From IMG/VR virus record IMGVR_UViG_3300025132_008118: a DNA stretch of 64,000 nt; one strand, written 5' to 3'. Made by a program: the position numbers and the translations under genes. Source of the DNA: a virus. How positions within the stretch are numbered: the first letter of the stretch is position 1; every line of letters begins with the position of its first letter. The notes under the pieces are model-generated. The model made no database searches, was not told the origin of the DNA, and saw only the letters and a list, made by a program, of their open reading frames with translations. Of this stretch, positions 1 to 8,523 are shown piece after piece.

Positions 1-480
1 ATGCTATCAACACAAAATATAGCTAAAACTAATGAAGTACTTGATAAAACGTATAAAATATTTAAAGATCTACCGGTAGAAGATATTACGTTTGTATCTG
101 GATTGAAAGGTTATGAAAAATATGCAGGTCAATGTGATGGTTGGAAGACTGCAAAAGGTATGCCTATTCATGTTAAAGCTGCTTACTACCATAATATGTT
201 ACTAGAAAAGTTTGATATTGAAAAGAAATATGAAACTATTAGTTCAGGAGATAAAGTTAGATACTTTTACTTACAACAACCAAACCCGTATAATTTACCA
301 AGCTTGGCATACAAGTATTATTATCCGGAAGAATTTAAAAAGATATTTCATGTTGATTACGATAAAATGTTTGAAAAAAATCTTTATGCGGTTATTGAAA
401 GATTTTATGATAATGTTAAATGGGCTATTCAAAAACCTGGTAATGCAGTTCAGACAAACTTATTTGATCTTTTAAGTTGA
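1..480 (+). CDS. gp43: DNA polymerase family B, C-terminal part (T4 gp43-like; gene starts upstream of the window)
   Basis: KGMPIHVKAAYYHN...SGDKVRYFYLQQPNP matches the C-terminal thumb motif of T4-like polymerases; lies upstream of uvsX. Confidence 0.85.
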   Translation: MLSTQNIAKTNEVLDKTYKIFKDLPVEDITFVSGLKGYEKYAGQCDGWKTAKGMPIHVKAAYYHNMLLEKFDIEKKYETISSGDKVRYFYLQQPNPYNLPSLAYKYYYPEEFKKIFHVDYDKMFEKNLYAVIERFYDNVKWAIQKPGNAVQTNLFDLLS

Positions 481-504
481 ATTATATAAAACAGTTATTA
501 AAAT
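477..504 (+). promoter_or_regulatory. sigma70-type promoter TTGAAT-N16-TAAAAT
   Basis: -35 at 477-482, -10 at 499-504, ATG 6 nt downstream at 511. Confidence 0.55.
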
Positions 505-510
505 ATATGT

Positions 511-879
511 ATGTCAGATAAGAATTATACCACATTTATTGATAACGCAGGTCGTGCAATTTTTGCCGAGCTTGATAGTGAAACGGATGATAAGCTTGTT
601 GCTAAAAATCCTGTCATGATTACAGTTCAACAAGGGGAGAATGGTCAAATGGCTGTTCAGTTATTTCCTCTATTCTTTCAAGAATTTGTTCAACCGGGTG
701 AGAACGATTCACGTGCTAATTACTTTACTTATGCAAAAAATAATATTGCATTGGGTAATAATTTTGCTATTGAAAATCGAATTATTGAGCAATATGAAAA
801 AATTGTAAACCCGGTCCTAGTACCAGCTGATCAATCAGCAGCTGGTGAGCCAGAAGTTATTAAGTTATTCGACGAATAA
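511..879 (+). CDS. Conserved T4-like hypothetical protein, possibly Sm-like fold
   Basis: 122-aa ORF with its own promoter; KNPVMITVQQGENGQMAVQLFP resembles small proteins found next to gp43 in marine T4-like phages. Confidence 0.45.
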   Translation: MSDKNYTTFIDNAGRAIFAELDSETDDKLVAKNPVMITVQQGENGQMAVQLFPLFFQEFVQPGENDSRANYFTYAKNNIALGNNFAIENRIIEQYEKIVNPVLVPADQSAAGEPEVIKLFDE

Positions 880-906
880 AAAAATAAAATAAATAAAGAA
901 AGAAAC

Positions 907-937
907 AGCCTCTCATAACTAAAAAATATGAGAGGCT
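907..937. terminator. Stem-loop, probable intrinsic terminator
   Basis: Perfect 11-bp inverted repeat AGCCTCTCATA (907-917) / TATGAGAGGCT (927-937), 9-nt loop, A-rich tract upstream. Confidence 0.55.
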
Positions 938-945
938 TTCCATGT

Positions 946-1170
946 ATGTCTCCTCAAGAAATATTTGATTATAAATTAGGGTGGAAATCTTATTCATTTT
1001 CTGTCCCGTTTCATTCAGATTGGGAAATGGAATATAGAGATTACTGTAAAGAAAATTTTAATAAATGGCAGTGGGATATGTATAAATGGTCAAACGTTTA
1101 CGAGCATACGATGTTATTTGAAAAAATAAAAGATGCTGATAAGTTTAAAGAATTTATTGATAAACGATAA
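946..1170 (+). CDS. Hypothetical phage protein (probable start at ATG 946, MSPQEIFDYKLGWK)
   Basis: The ORF-track start at 928 lies inside the hairpin; W/Y-rich 74-aa protein. Confidence 0.55.
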   Translation: MSPQEIFDYKLGWKSYSFSVPFHSDWEMEYRDYCKENFNKWQWDMYKWSNVYEHTMLFEKIKDADKFKEFIDKR

Positions 1171-1184
1171 ACATATACTATAAT
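1157..1184 (+). promoter_or_regulatory. sigma70-type promoter TTGATA-N16-TATAAT
   Basis: ATG of uvsX 8 nt after the -10 box. Confidence 0.65.
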
Positions 1185-1192
1185 AGTAGTAT

Positions 1193-2293
1193 ATGAGTAA
1201 AGAAATTGATGATATTTTATCTGTAATTGATAAGTCTAATCCATATGCATCTTTCTTAAATGAAAGTGCTATTAGTAATGTAGATGGTTGGTTAGATACT
1301 GGATCGATGGTACTAAATGGTATTGTATCTGGTTCGTTGTTTGGTGGTATACCGAAAAATAGAATGACCTTATTGGCTGGTCCAAGTATGACTGGTAAGA
1401 GTTTTATTTTACAAAAGATTCTAGCTAATGCTCAAAAAGAAGGTTTGATACCAGTTATATTTGATAGTGAAAATGCTATTGATAGAGACGGTGCTGCTGC
1501 TTTAGGATTAGATGTTAGCAAAGTAAAATATGTACCTGTATTTAGTATTGAAGAATGCCGTAATACAATTTATGATTTTTTAACAAAAGTTAAAGAAAAC
1601 GGTCAAGAAGGTAAATTTATTATTGCAATTGATTCATTAGGTAATATGGAAAGCCAATTACAGATCAATCGTCAGGAAAAAGGTAATGTAAGTGCTGATA
1701 TGGGTAGTAGAGCTAAAGCTATGAAATCTTTATTACGTACTTTAACTCAATTATCTGGTTTAACTAAAACTACTATTTTAGCTACTAATCATATCTATGA
1801 GGACCCGGCTGCATTATTTCCTTCGTTAGTTAAAGCAATGCCAGGTGGTACTGCTACTGTTTACTTACCTTCAGTTACTATTCAATTAGCTCGTAAGCCA
1901 GTTAAAGAAGATAAGAATACAGATGGTAAGTTAGCTGTAGGTCAGAAGAATTATTCAGGGGTTATTCTAAGAGCATTGACAGTTAAGAATAGATTCGTTA
2001 AGCAATATTTACAAGGTGAAATGTATCTATCTTTTGATAAAGGTCTAAACAAATATTATGGTTTATTGGATCTTGCAGTAGGGTTAGGAGCAGTGATACA
2101 AACTGGTTCTACTTATACATTACCTGATGGTAAGAAACTTGGCTATTATAGTAAATGGAAAGACGATACAGAATTATGGGATAATACTATTATACCTGTT
2201 GTAGAAGAAAAAATTAAACAAGAATGGAAGTACAGTAATAAATCAGAAGAAGATGAAATTATACCAGACGAAGTAAACGATGAAGAAGAATAA
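1193..2293 (+). CDS. uvsX: RecA/UvsX-like recombinase
   Basis: LDTGSMVLNGIVSG, Walker A GPSMTGKS, FDSENA, IAIDSLGNM, TNHIY, KNRF. Confidence 0.93.
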   Translation: MSKEIDDILSVIDKSNPYASFLNESAISNVDGWLDTGSMVLNGIVSGSLFGGIPKNRMTLLAGPSMTGKSFILQKILANAQKEGLIPVIFDSENAIDRDGAAALGLDVSKVKYVPVFSIEECRNTIYDFLTKVKENGQEGKFIIAIDSLGNMESQLQINRQEKGNVSADMGSRAKAMKSLLRTLTQLSGLTKTTILATNHIYEDPAALFPSLVKAMPGGTATVYLPSVTIQLARKPVKEDKNTDGKLAVGQKNYSGVILRALTVKNRFVKQYLQGEMYLSFDKGLNKYYGLLDLAVGLGAVIQTGSTYTLPDGKKLGYYSKWKDDTELWDNTIIPVVEEKIKQEWKYSNKSEEDEIIPDEVNDEEE

Positions 2294-3026
2294 AATAGTT
2301 ATAACCTTATCAGGGGGAATGGATTCATCTGTTCTACTTTATAAAGCAGCTGAGCAATATAATGAAGTACATACTGTAACATTTAATTATGGTCAACGTC
2401 ATGATAAAGAATTAGAAGCAGCAGAAAAACAATTAGTTAACGCTATGCATGATTTTCCTAATGTTACATTTACTAATAAATTATTAGACGTTACTTATAT
2501 AAAGGATATAGCTGATACATCTTCTCTAACTAATAATAAAATTGATACACCTGATGTAAAAGATGTAATGGGTGAAGCTCAACCTAAATCATATGTACCA
2601 TTCCGTAATTTAATGTTTTTAAGCATATTACTATCATATGCAGAAAAAATGGAAGCTGATGAAGTATGGTACGGTGCAGCAGAAGCTGATAGTCTTGCTG
2701 GTTATTGGGATGGATCTATACAATTTGTCGATAAAATAAATCAAATTTGCTTATTAAACCGTGAAAAGGATATAAGAGTTAGAGCTCCTTTACTTGAAAT
2801 GAGTAAAAAGGAAATTATTTTAAATGGTGTTGAGCTTGGTGTAAATTTTGCTGATACTTACACATGTTATTCTGGTGAATATCCATGTGATGCAAATAGC
2901 GCAAGTAGTGCACTTAGATTAAAAGGGTTTGTAGACGCAGGATTGCAAGATCCATTACGTTATAAACAGCAAGATAAGTTAGATTTAGTTTATACAGATA
3001 ATAATTGTAAAGCTATAATATATTAA
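2280..3026 (+). CDS. queC: QueC-family PP-loop ATPase (7-cyano-7-deazaguanine synthase-like) with a degenerate Zn site
   Basis: SGGMDS PP-loop, FNYGQRH..EL, YVPFRN..FLS, APLL.MSK.EI, TCY.G; CxxCxxC replaced by D/S/S and YPDC by YWDG. Confidence 0.85.
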   Translation: MKKNKIVITLSGGMDSSVLLYKAAEQYNEVHTVTFNYGQRHDKELEAAEKQLVNAMHDFPNVTFTNKLLDVTYIKDIADTSSLTNNKIDTPDVKDVMGEAQPKSYVPFRNLMFLSILLSYAEKMEADEVWYGAAEADSLAGYWDGSIQFVDKINQICLLNREKDIRVRAPLLEMSKKEIILNGVELGVNFADTYTCYSGEYPCDANSASSALRLKGFVDAGLQDPLRYKQQDKLDLVYTDNNCKAIIY

Positions 3027-4546
3027 TAACCGTGTCTATGCATTCTCTCTCGTGAATGAGCATTTTGCATTTTTTGTCTGTACTGATTAAGTAGATAGTT
3101 ATTAATATCTTGTTGGGACATTGCAACTTGCTCTTCTTCTTCATCTTTAGGTAAAGCCTTTTTCATTAAATGACCACCCGCAGCCGCTGCAGCTCCACCC
3201 GCAGCCGCTAATCCTAACACTGGTAATATATTATCTTCAGCAGGTTCATCTTCTTCTTCTGATTTCTTTTTTGCATGATTGTATTCAAAAGTATCGCCAT
3301 CGCCGACATCGTCGTAATGATCTGCAACTGCTCTTGCATGAGCTTGACCTGCTCTTTCCTTCTCTTTCTTCATTATTTTATCAGCTCTTGCTTCTCCATA
3401 TTCATAAGTTTCTTCATCGCCGCTCATTGGGCAATTTTCAGCTTCTTCTCTTCTACCTTCTTCTTTATTCATTGCAGCTTTAATGGCCTTATCTCTAGAT
3501 CCCATATATTCATCTGTTGATGATTCTAGCTCACCATCACCATCGTGATCCTTTTTAGCCGTTTCTTCACCTTCTATTCTTCTTCCATAACGATCAAACT
3601 TACCTTCTTCACCTTCAGGGAAATCAGCAACTAATTTTTCTCTATCACCCATTTCTATTTCACCACCAAATTTATCAACTTTTTCTGTTTCACTTGGCTT
3701 TACAATTACAACTGATACTACATCATCTTGTTTTATATCATCTAAGTTAAGTTTAGTACCTTTAAATTTGTTTAGGGTAACTCTATATTTTAAACCATCA
3801 CTAATAGTAGTATATAAATCGTTATCTCCCACTCCACCTTCTGATTTGAACACTTTATCTCCTCCTAAATTTAATTGAAGAGTTTCAAAACCTGTATCAC
3901 CCTTCTTAAGACCTTCTTTTGCAGCTCCTCTTTCTCTTGTTGTAATTTTTACATCTGATCTACCTGCCAAAGGTTTTGAAACTTGTGAAACTACATTTAT
4001 TGCATTTTGAATATCATCATTTGATAAATTTTCTAAGTCTAATTCGGGATTTTCTTTTTGTAAAAATCTAATTACTTTAGTTGCAAAATATCTAGGTGTC
4101 ATTGTACCTTTTAAATCACGGATATCTTCCATTCCCATTAGTTTGGCTCTAATAGGGTCTGTTATTTTCTTACCCCTTGCTTCTTCTATTAAATCATAAT
4201 CTATGCCTTCCAGATAACCTTCAGTTGAAATTTTTACTTGTGCAAATGCTTTTCGAATATCGTCGTCAGATGCATTTGAAATATCTAATTGAGGATTTTT
4301 ATCAATAATCTGCTGAGCATAAATTTTTGGCGATACTCTGCCCATTTGAGATGCAATATCCAAACTACCTAATCTTGCTGCTAATTGTGCCACCGGGTGC
4401 TTTATTGTTTTCCATTTTGCAGCAAGCATGCTTTTATCAAAAGGGTTAGTGGTTAATTCTTCGATATAATCGTAGTCAATACCATCCATATAGCTTGATG
4501 TGTTTTCGTTAATAATTTTTTTATTGCTCCAGTTATGTAAACTCAT
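3023..4546 (-). CDS. Acidic late protein, probably head/prohead-associated; two 92-aa N-terminal repeats
   Basis: TAAATA box 5 nt upstream; repeats GIDYDxIEE...NPxLD; DHDGDGELES..EYMGSRDKAIK motif; Gly/Ala hydrophobic segment near the C-terminus. Confidence 0.55.
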   Translation of the reverse strand: MSLHNWSNKKIINENTSSYMDGIDYDYIEELTTNPFDKSMLAAKWKTIKHPVAQLAARLGSLDIASQMGRVSPKIYAQQIIDKNPQLDISNASDDDIRKAFAQVKISTEGYLEGIDYDLIEEARGKKITDPIRAKLMGMEDIRDLKGTMTPRYFATKVIRFLQKENPELDLENLSNDDIQNAINVVSQVSKPLAGRSDVKITTRERGAAKEGLKKGDTGFETLQLNLGGDKVFKSEGGVGDNDLYTTISDGLKYRVTLNKFKGTKLNLDDIKQDDVVSVVIVKPSETEKVDKFGGEIEMGDREKLVADFPEGEEGKFDRYGRRIEGEETAKKDHDGDGELESSTDEYMGSRDKAIKAAMNKEEGRREEAENCPMSGDEETYEYGEARADKIMKKEKERAGQAHARAVADHYDDVGDGDTFEYNHAKKKSEEEDEPAEDNILPVLGLAAAGGAAAAAGGHLMKKALPKDEEEEQVAMSQQDINNYLLNQYRQKMQNAHSRERMHRHGY

Positions 4547-4551
4547 ATTAT

Positions 4552-4557
4552 TATTTA
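4552..4557 (-). promoter_or_regulatory. Late promoter box TAAATA
   Basis: TATTTA on the + strand, 5 nt from the ATG at 4546. Confidence 0.65.
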
Positions 4558-4585
4558 TTGATTTTTTTTAATTTTATACTATAAT
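4558..4585 (+). promoter_or_regulatory. sigma70-type promoter TTGATT-N16-TATAAT
   Basis: Back-to-back with the divergent late box; ATG at 4594. Confidence 0.65.
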
Positions 4586-4593
4586 ATAGTTAT

Positions 4594-5265
4594 ATGTGTG
4601 GTATTTATTGCAGTAATGATTTGTCTACCTTTGAAATTTTACAGGAGGCTAATAAAAAGCGTGGTAATTTTTCGACTGGTATATTTTACTGTTATAATAA
4701 AGCTAATTATAATATACTCAAAGAAAAAGGTAATATAAACTGGAATAAAACTAAAATACCGCACCAAGAAGGCCATATATACTTGGGTCATAACCAGGCT
4801 CCTACCGAAACAGGTAGAGGTTGGCAAGAGGAAACGTCTCATCCATTTTGGGTAGGTGATTGGATAGTAGCTCATAATGGTGTTTTAACTAATTCTAATG
4901 AATTAATTGATGAATATATACCAATGCATGATAACCCTGTAGATAGTAGTATAATACCAGCATTATTAGATGAATTTGAATATACCCATGGTCCTTGTGA
5001 AGACGCTGAAACTGAAGTACAAAATATATTATACACTATAGAAAAACTTAAAGGTACATTTGCTTTATGGATAGTTAATATTAAAACTATGAATGTATAT
5101 ATAGCAAGACAAGGTAGCACATTATATTACAAAGACGCTAATATATCATCAATTAAGGGTAACGGTTATAAAGAAGTATTACAGGGTGTACTTTATAACT
5201 TTTCATATGAAGGCTTAACTGAAATAGACGGGTTTGTATATGACTCACCATTTTTAACATTATGA
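4594..5265 (+). CDS. Class II (Ntn) glutamine amidotransferase domain protein
   Basis: N-terminal MCGI (catalytic Cys), NKKRG, GHNQAPT, SHPF, AHNGVLTN, VDSSII, LKGTFAL. Confidence 0.88.
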   Translation: MCGIYCSNDLSTFEILQEANKKRGNFSTGIFYCYNKANYNILKEKGNINWNKTKIPHQEGHIYLGHNQAPTETGRGWQEETSHPFWVGDWIVAHNGVLTNSNELIDEYIPMHDNPVDSSIIPALLDEFEYTHGPCEDAETEVQNILYTIEKLKGTFALWIVNIKTMNVYIARQGSTLYYKDANISSIKGNGYKEVLQGVLYNFSYEGLTEIDGFVYDSPFLTL

Positions 5266-5735
5266 ATATAAATTACGTAACAATTAACCAATTAACTGAA
5301 ATAGATAAATTAAGATTTATTAAATTTATTTACGATAATACAGACTCCTTTATTTTAAATACATTTGGCCATACATGGTCAGGTAGAGATTGGTGGTCTG
5401 AGCATCCAATAGAGGTATGTACTGATGATACGGGTAGGGTACTTGGATTGCATGCATATACTGTGAATACTAAAGCAGAAGATACATTAAAAACATATTA
5501 TATAGTTACATCTAAATATAATAGGGGTAAAGGTATTGCTAAATTGTTAATTAAAAATGCTTTATATAAACATAAAGATGATATTAAATTTTATTACGTT
5601 AATTCAGATGTAAAAAGTGAAGGAGCTGTCTTTTATAAAAAATGGTTCGGAGACAGTTTTACCCTTGAAGATAATGATTTTTCTTCGCAAGATATGATTT
5701 TTAAGGAACCGGTTTATAATATTATAGATGGGTAA
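5262..5735 (+). CDS. GNAT-family acetyltransferase
   Basis: Acetyl-CoA motif A YIVTSKYNRGKGIAKLL; later AVFYKK. Confidence 0.7.
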   Translation: MNINYVTINQLTEIDKLRFIKFIYDNTDSFILNTFGHTWSGRDWWSEHPIEVCTDDTGRVLGLHAYTVNTKAEDTLKTYYIVTSKYNRGKGIAKLLIKNALYKHKDDIKFYYVNSDVKSEGAVFYKKWFGDSFTLEDNDFSSQDMIFKEPVYNIIDG

Positions 5736-6066
5736 TTTAAAAACTACAGGTAAGCCGCGTCAATTTGAAACCGGTGCTCAACGAGATAACGGAGATGGTA
5801 AACTTCGAATGAGTTTAGTACCTCATAAGGCCTTAAATGGGGTAATGATGAGGTATTTACAAGGGGCTGATACATACGGGGAAAATAATTGGAAGAAAGG
5901 TATGAAACACTCAGTTTTGTACGATAGTACTATGAGACATCTCATGCAAGATTTTACTGGTGATGATAGTGAAGACCATTTAGGAGCTGCTTTATGGAAT
6001 ATTATGGGTATGATCTGGAATAGAGACCATAAACCTGAAATGGATGATAGAAAAGAATATGAGTAA
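5728..6066 (+). CDS. dATP/dGTP diphosphohydrolase-like protein (DUF5664-type)
   Basis: FETGAQRD..DGKLRMSLVP..AL, GA.TYGENNWKKG, STMRHL, DHLGAALWN. Confidence 0.85.
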   Translation: MGNLKTTGKPRQFETGAQRDNGDGKLRMSLVPHKALNGVMMRYLQGADTYGENNWKKGMKHSVLYDSTMRHLMQDFTGDDSEDHLGAALWNIMGMIWNRDHKPEMDDRKEYE

Positions 6067-7153
6067 AGTATTTGTTTCCGGTTGTTATGATATTATTCAT
6101 GCAGGTCATATAGAATTTTTTAAAGAAGCTCTTAAACAAGGAGATAAACTGGTAGTGTGTATACCATCTGATGAAGTATTATATCAGTATAAAAAAAGAC
6201 GACCTAGTATACCAATCGAGCATAAGATAGAAATTTTAAATAATATATCTTTTATTGATGAGGTGGTAATTGGTGGTAATTTAGATAAAAATGGTTTAAA
6301 TTTTAAAGACATTATAATAAAAATATCACCAGACGTTTTAGTTGTTACGTCAGATGATAAGTTTGAAAAAAGCAAAAGAAAATTTTGTACAAAGCACAAT
6401 ATAGGATACGTTAAACTAGAAAAAACTCCTCCAAAGTTTGACCCAATAAGTACATCATCTATTCTTAATAATATTAAAACACCAAATGAAGCTCCCTTAC
6501 GGGTTGACTTAGCTGGTGGTTGGTTAGATGTACCTGAACATGCAAGAGATGATGGGTTTATAGTAAATTGCGCAATATCACCAACTGTATCTTTACATAA
6601 TTGGCCGTATGAAACCCAATCTGGACTCGGAGGTAGTGGAGCATGGGCATTATTGAATGGTAAAGATGGGGTACAAAGTGAATTAGATTTAGGTGTTGGG
6701 TGGCAAGACCCAGCTGTAATAAAAGAAACTGGTTTATGTGTTTGGAAAAGTGGTGAAAAACCTCATCTTATCTTAAAACGAAACGGGGATATATTAAAAG
6801 GTAAAATGGCATTACATTACACTGGAATTAGTCATGATACTCCGTCATATGTTAAAAATAATCGTGATTATAATTTGTTAGCTAGGTCTAGTCGTTTAGC
6901 ATACACAGGGGTACAAAATAATAATTTAGAGCAAATATGTGCTGGTATTAATATGAATTATGAAGTACAATTAAAAGAAGGTATGAATGCATCACCAGTT
7001 ATTGAAAATACAATAGCAACCAAATATTGCGGTGGTGGTTTTGGTGGATATATTTTATCTGTATTTTATAATAAAATAGATCGTGATAAATTTATTAATA
7101 ATTATCAACATTTTGGAGCAATTAAAATAGAACCATACTTAAATGAAATATAA
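6059..7153 (+). CDS. Fusion of an HxGH nucleotidyltransferase and a GHMP-family sugar kinase
   Basis: N-terminal SGCYDIIHAGH; C-terminal APLRVDLAGGWLD, SGLGGSG, GWQDP, KYCGGGFGG; start taken at ATG 6059. Confidence 0.8.
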   Translation: MSKVFVSGCYDIIHAGHIEFFKEALKQGDKLVVCIPSDEVLYQYKKRRPSIPIEHKIEILNNISFIDEVVIGGNLDKNGLNFKDIIIKISPDVLVVTSDDKFEKSKRKFCTKHNIGYVKLEKTPPKFDPISTSSILNNIKTPNEAPLRVDLAGGWLDVPEHARDDGFIVNCAISPTVSLHNWPYETQSGLGGSGAWALLNGKDGVQSELDLGVGWQDPAVIKETGLCVWKSGEKPHLILKRNGDILKGKMALHYTGISHDTPSYVKNNRDYNLLARSSRLAYTGVQNNNLEQICAGINMNYEVQLKEGMNASPVIENTIATKYCGGGFGGYILSVFYNKIDRDKFINNYQHFGAIKIEPYLNEI

Positions 7154-7799
7154 AATTTATACAACTACTAAAGGTGAGAAAGAAGATACTTTATTATATA
7201 AATCTCTTAATAAAAAATATTACGATATACCAGTACATTATGAAGAAAAAAATACTAAAAGTTTGCAAAGCTGTTATAACAGCTTTTTGGAGGACGCTCG
7301 TAATAATAACGTTGATATCTGCGTATTTGTCCATGATGACGTTTTTATTAATTGCGGGGATTTGTTGCATAGGTTGGACAATTATGGAAAAATGTATACA
7401 GTTTTTGGTCTCGCAGGGGCCAAGGCATGCAAGGTTAAAGAACCTGCTTTATGGCATCTTATGTCCGAAAGAAAAGACCAAAGAGGAAATGTTGCTCACG
7501 GATATCCTGACCAATATCAGTATACTTCGTTTGGCCCTATTCCAGGCCGTGTTTTGGTTATTGATGGTGTCTTTATCGGCATTAATATACGAAATTTACC
7601 AACTAATGTAAAGTTTGATGAATCATACCCATCTAAGTTTCATTACTATGATTTAGATTTTAGTCTAGAATGCAATAAAAATAGTGTTAAAATAGGGGTT
7701 GTGGATATACCAATAATACATTCAAGTCCAGGTCTAACAAACCCTAACGAAGAGTTCTATAAAGGACAGGAATACTTTATTAAAAAATGGAAACGGTAG
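7143..7799 (+). CDS. GT2-like glycosyltransferase
   Basis: SCYNSFL, VFVHDDV (DxD-like), VIDGVFIGI, FHYYDLDFSL, IIHSSPG. Confidence 0.75.
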   Translation: MKYKIYTTTKGEKEDTLLYKSLNKKYYDIPVHYEEKNTKSLQSCYNSFLEDARNNNVDICVFVHDDVFINCGDLLHRLDNYGKMYTVFGLAGAKACKVKEPALWHLMSERKDQRGNVAHGYPDQYQYTSFGPIPGRVLVIDGVFIGINIRNLPTNVKFDESYPSKFHYYDLDFSLECNKNSVKIGVVDIPIIHSSPGLTNPNEEFYKGQEYFIKKWKR

Positions 7800-8224
7800 T
7801 ATTAGTTACAGGGGGATTTGATCCTTTACATTCAGGGCACTTAGCTTATTTTAGAGCAGCCAAGAAGCTAGGCGATAAGCTTATTGTTGGTATTAATTCC
7901 GATTCGTGGTTAGAGCGTAAAAAAGGAAAAAACTTTTTACCTCTTAGTGAAAGGTACGAGATAGTATCCGCGCTAAAGTATGTTGATAATTGTATACTAT
8001 TTAACGATGAGGATGATACTGCAATTGAAGCCATACGTAATGTTATAATGCTGTACCCTTTTGATAGGATTATATTTGCTAACGGAGGTGATAGAGTTGA
8101 GGGAAATACCCCTGAGGAAGATGCCAAGTTCTTTCCGGAAAAAGATATTATCTTTCAATATGGAGTTGGAGGGCTTGATAAAAAAAATAGTAGTAGTTGG
8201 ATATTGCAAAGATGGGAAAAATAA
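7787..8224 (+). CDS. Cytidylyltransferase-like protein (RfaE domain II/TagD family)
   Basis: VTGGFDPLHSGH, LIVGINSD.WL.RKKG, ER.EIV.AL.YVD, FANGGDR. Confidence 0.85.
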   Translation: METVVLVTGGFDPLHSGHLAYFRAAKKLGDKLIVGINSDSWLERKKGKNFLPLSERYEIVSALKYVDNCILFNDEDDTAIEAIRNVIMLYPFDRIIFANGGDRVEGNTPEEDAKFFPEKDIIFQYGVGGLDKKNSSSWILQRWEK

Positions 8225-8523
8225 CACAAACGAGATGGGGTAGTTACAATGTTTTATTAGAAGGTAAAGATTATAAAATTAAAACTTTACATATTGAACC
8301 AGGCAAATCATTAAGTGATCAAAGACATTTTCATAGAAATGAACATTGGTTTATTTTAGAAGGAGAATTATCTCTTAACGGTGATATATATCACAAAAAT
8401 GATTTTATTAATATACCAGTTGAAAAGTGGCATTTACCAGCTAATATTAGTAATAGTATGTGTGTTATTTGCGAAATACAATATGGTGATAAATGCATAG
8501 AAGAAGATATTGAAAGAAAATAA
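8212..8523 (+). CDS. Cupin, mannose-6-phosphate isomerase type II C-terminal-like
   Basis: RWGSY.VL, KIK.LHIEPGKSLS.QRH.HR.EHW, EIQYG..C.E.DIER. Confidence 0.8.
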   Translation: MGKITQTRWGSYNVLLEGKDYKIKTLHIEPGKSLSDQRHFHRNEHWFILEGELSLNGDIYHKNDFINIPVEKWHLPANISNSMCVICEIQYGDKCIEEDIERK

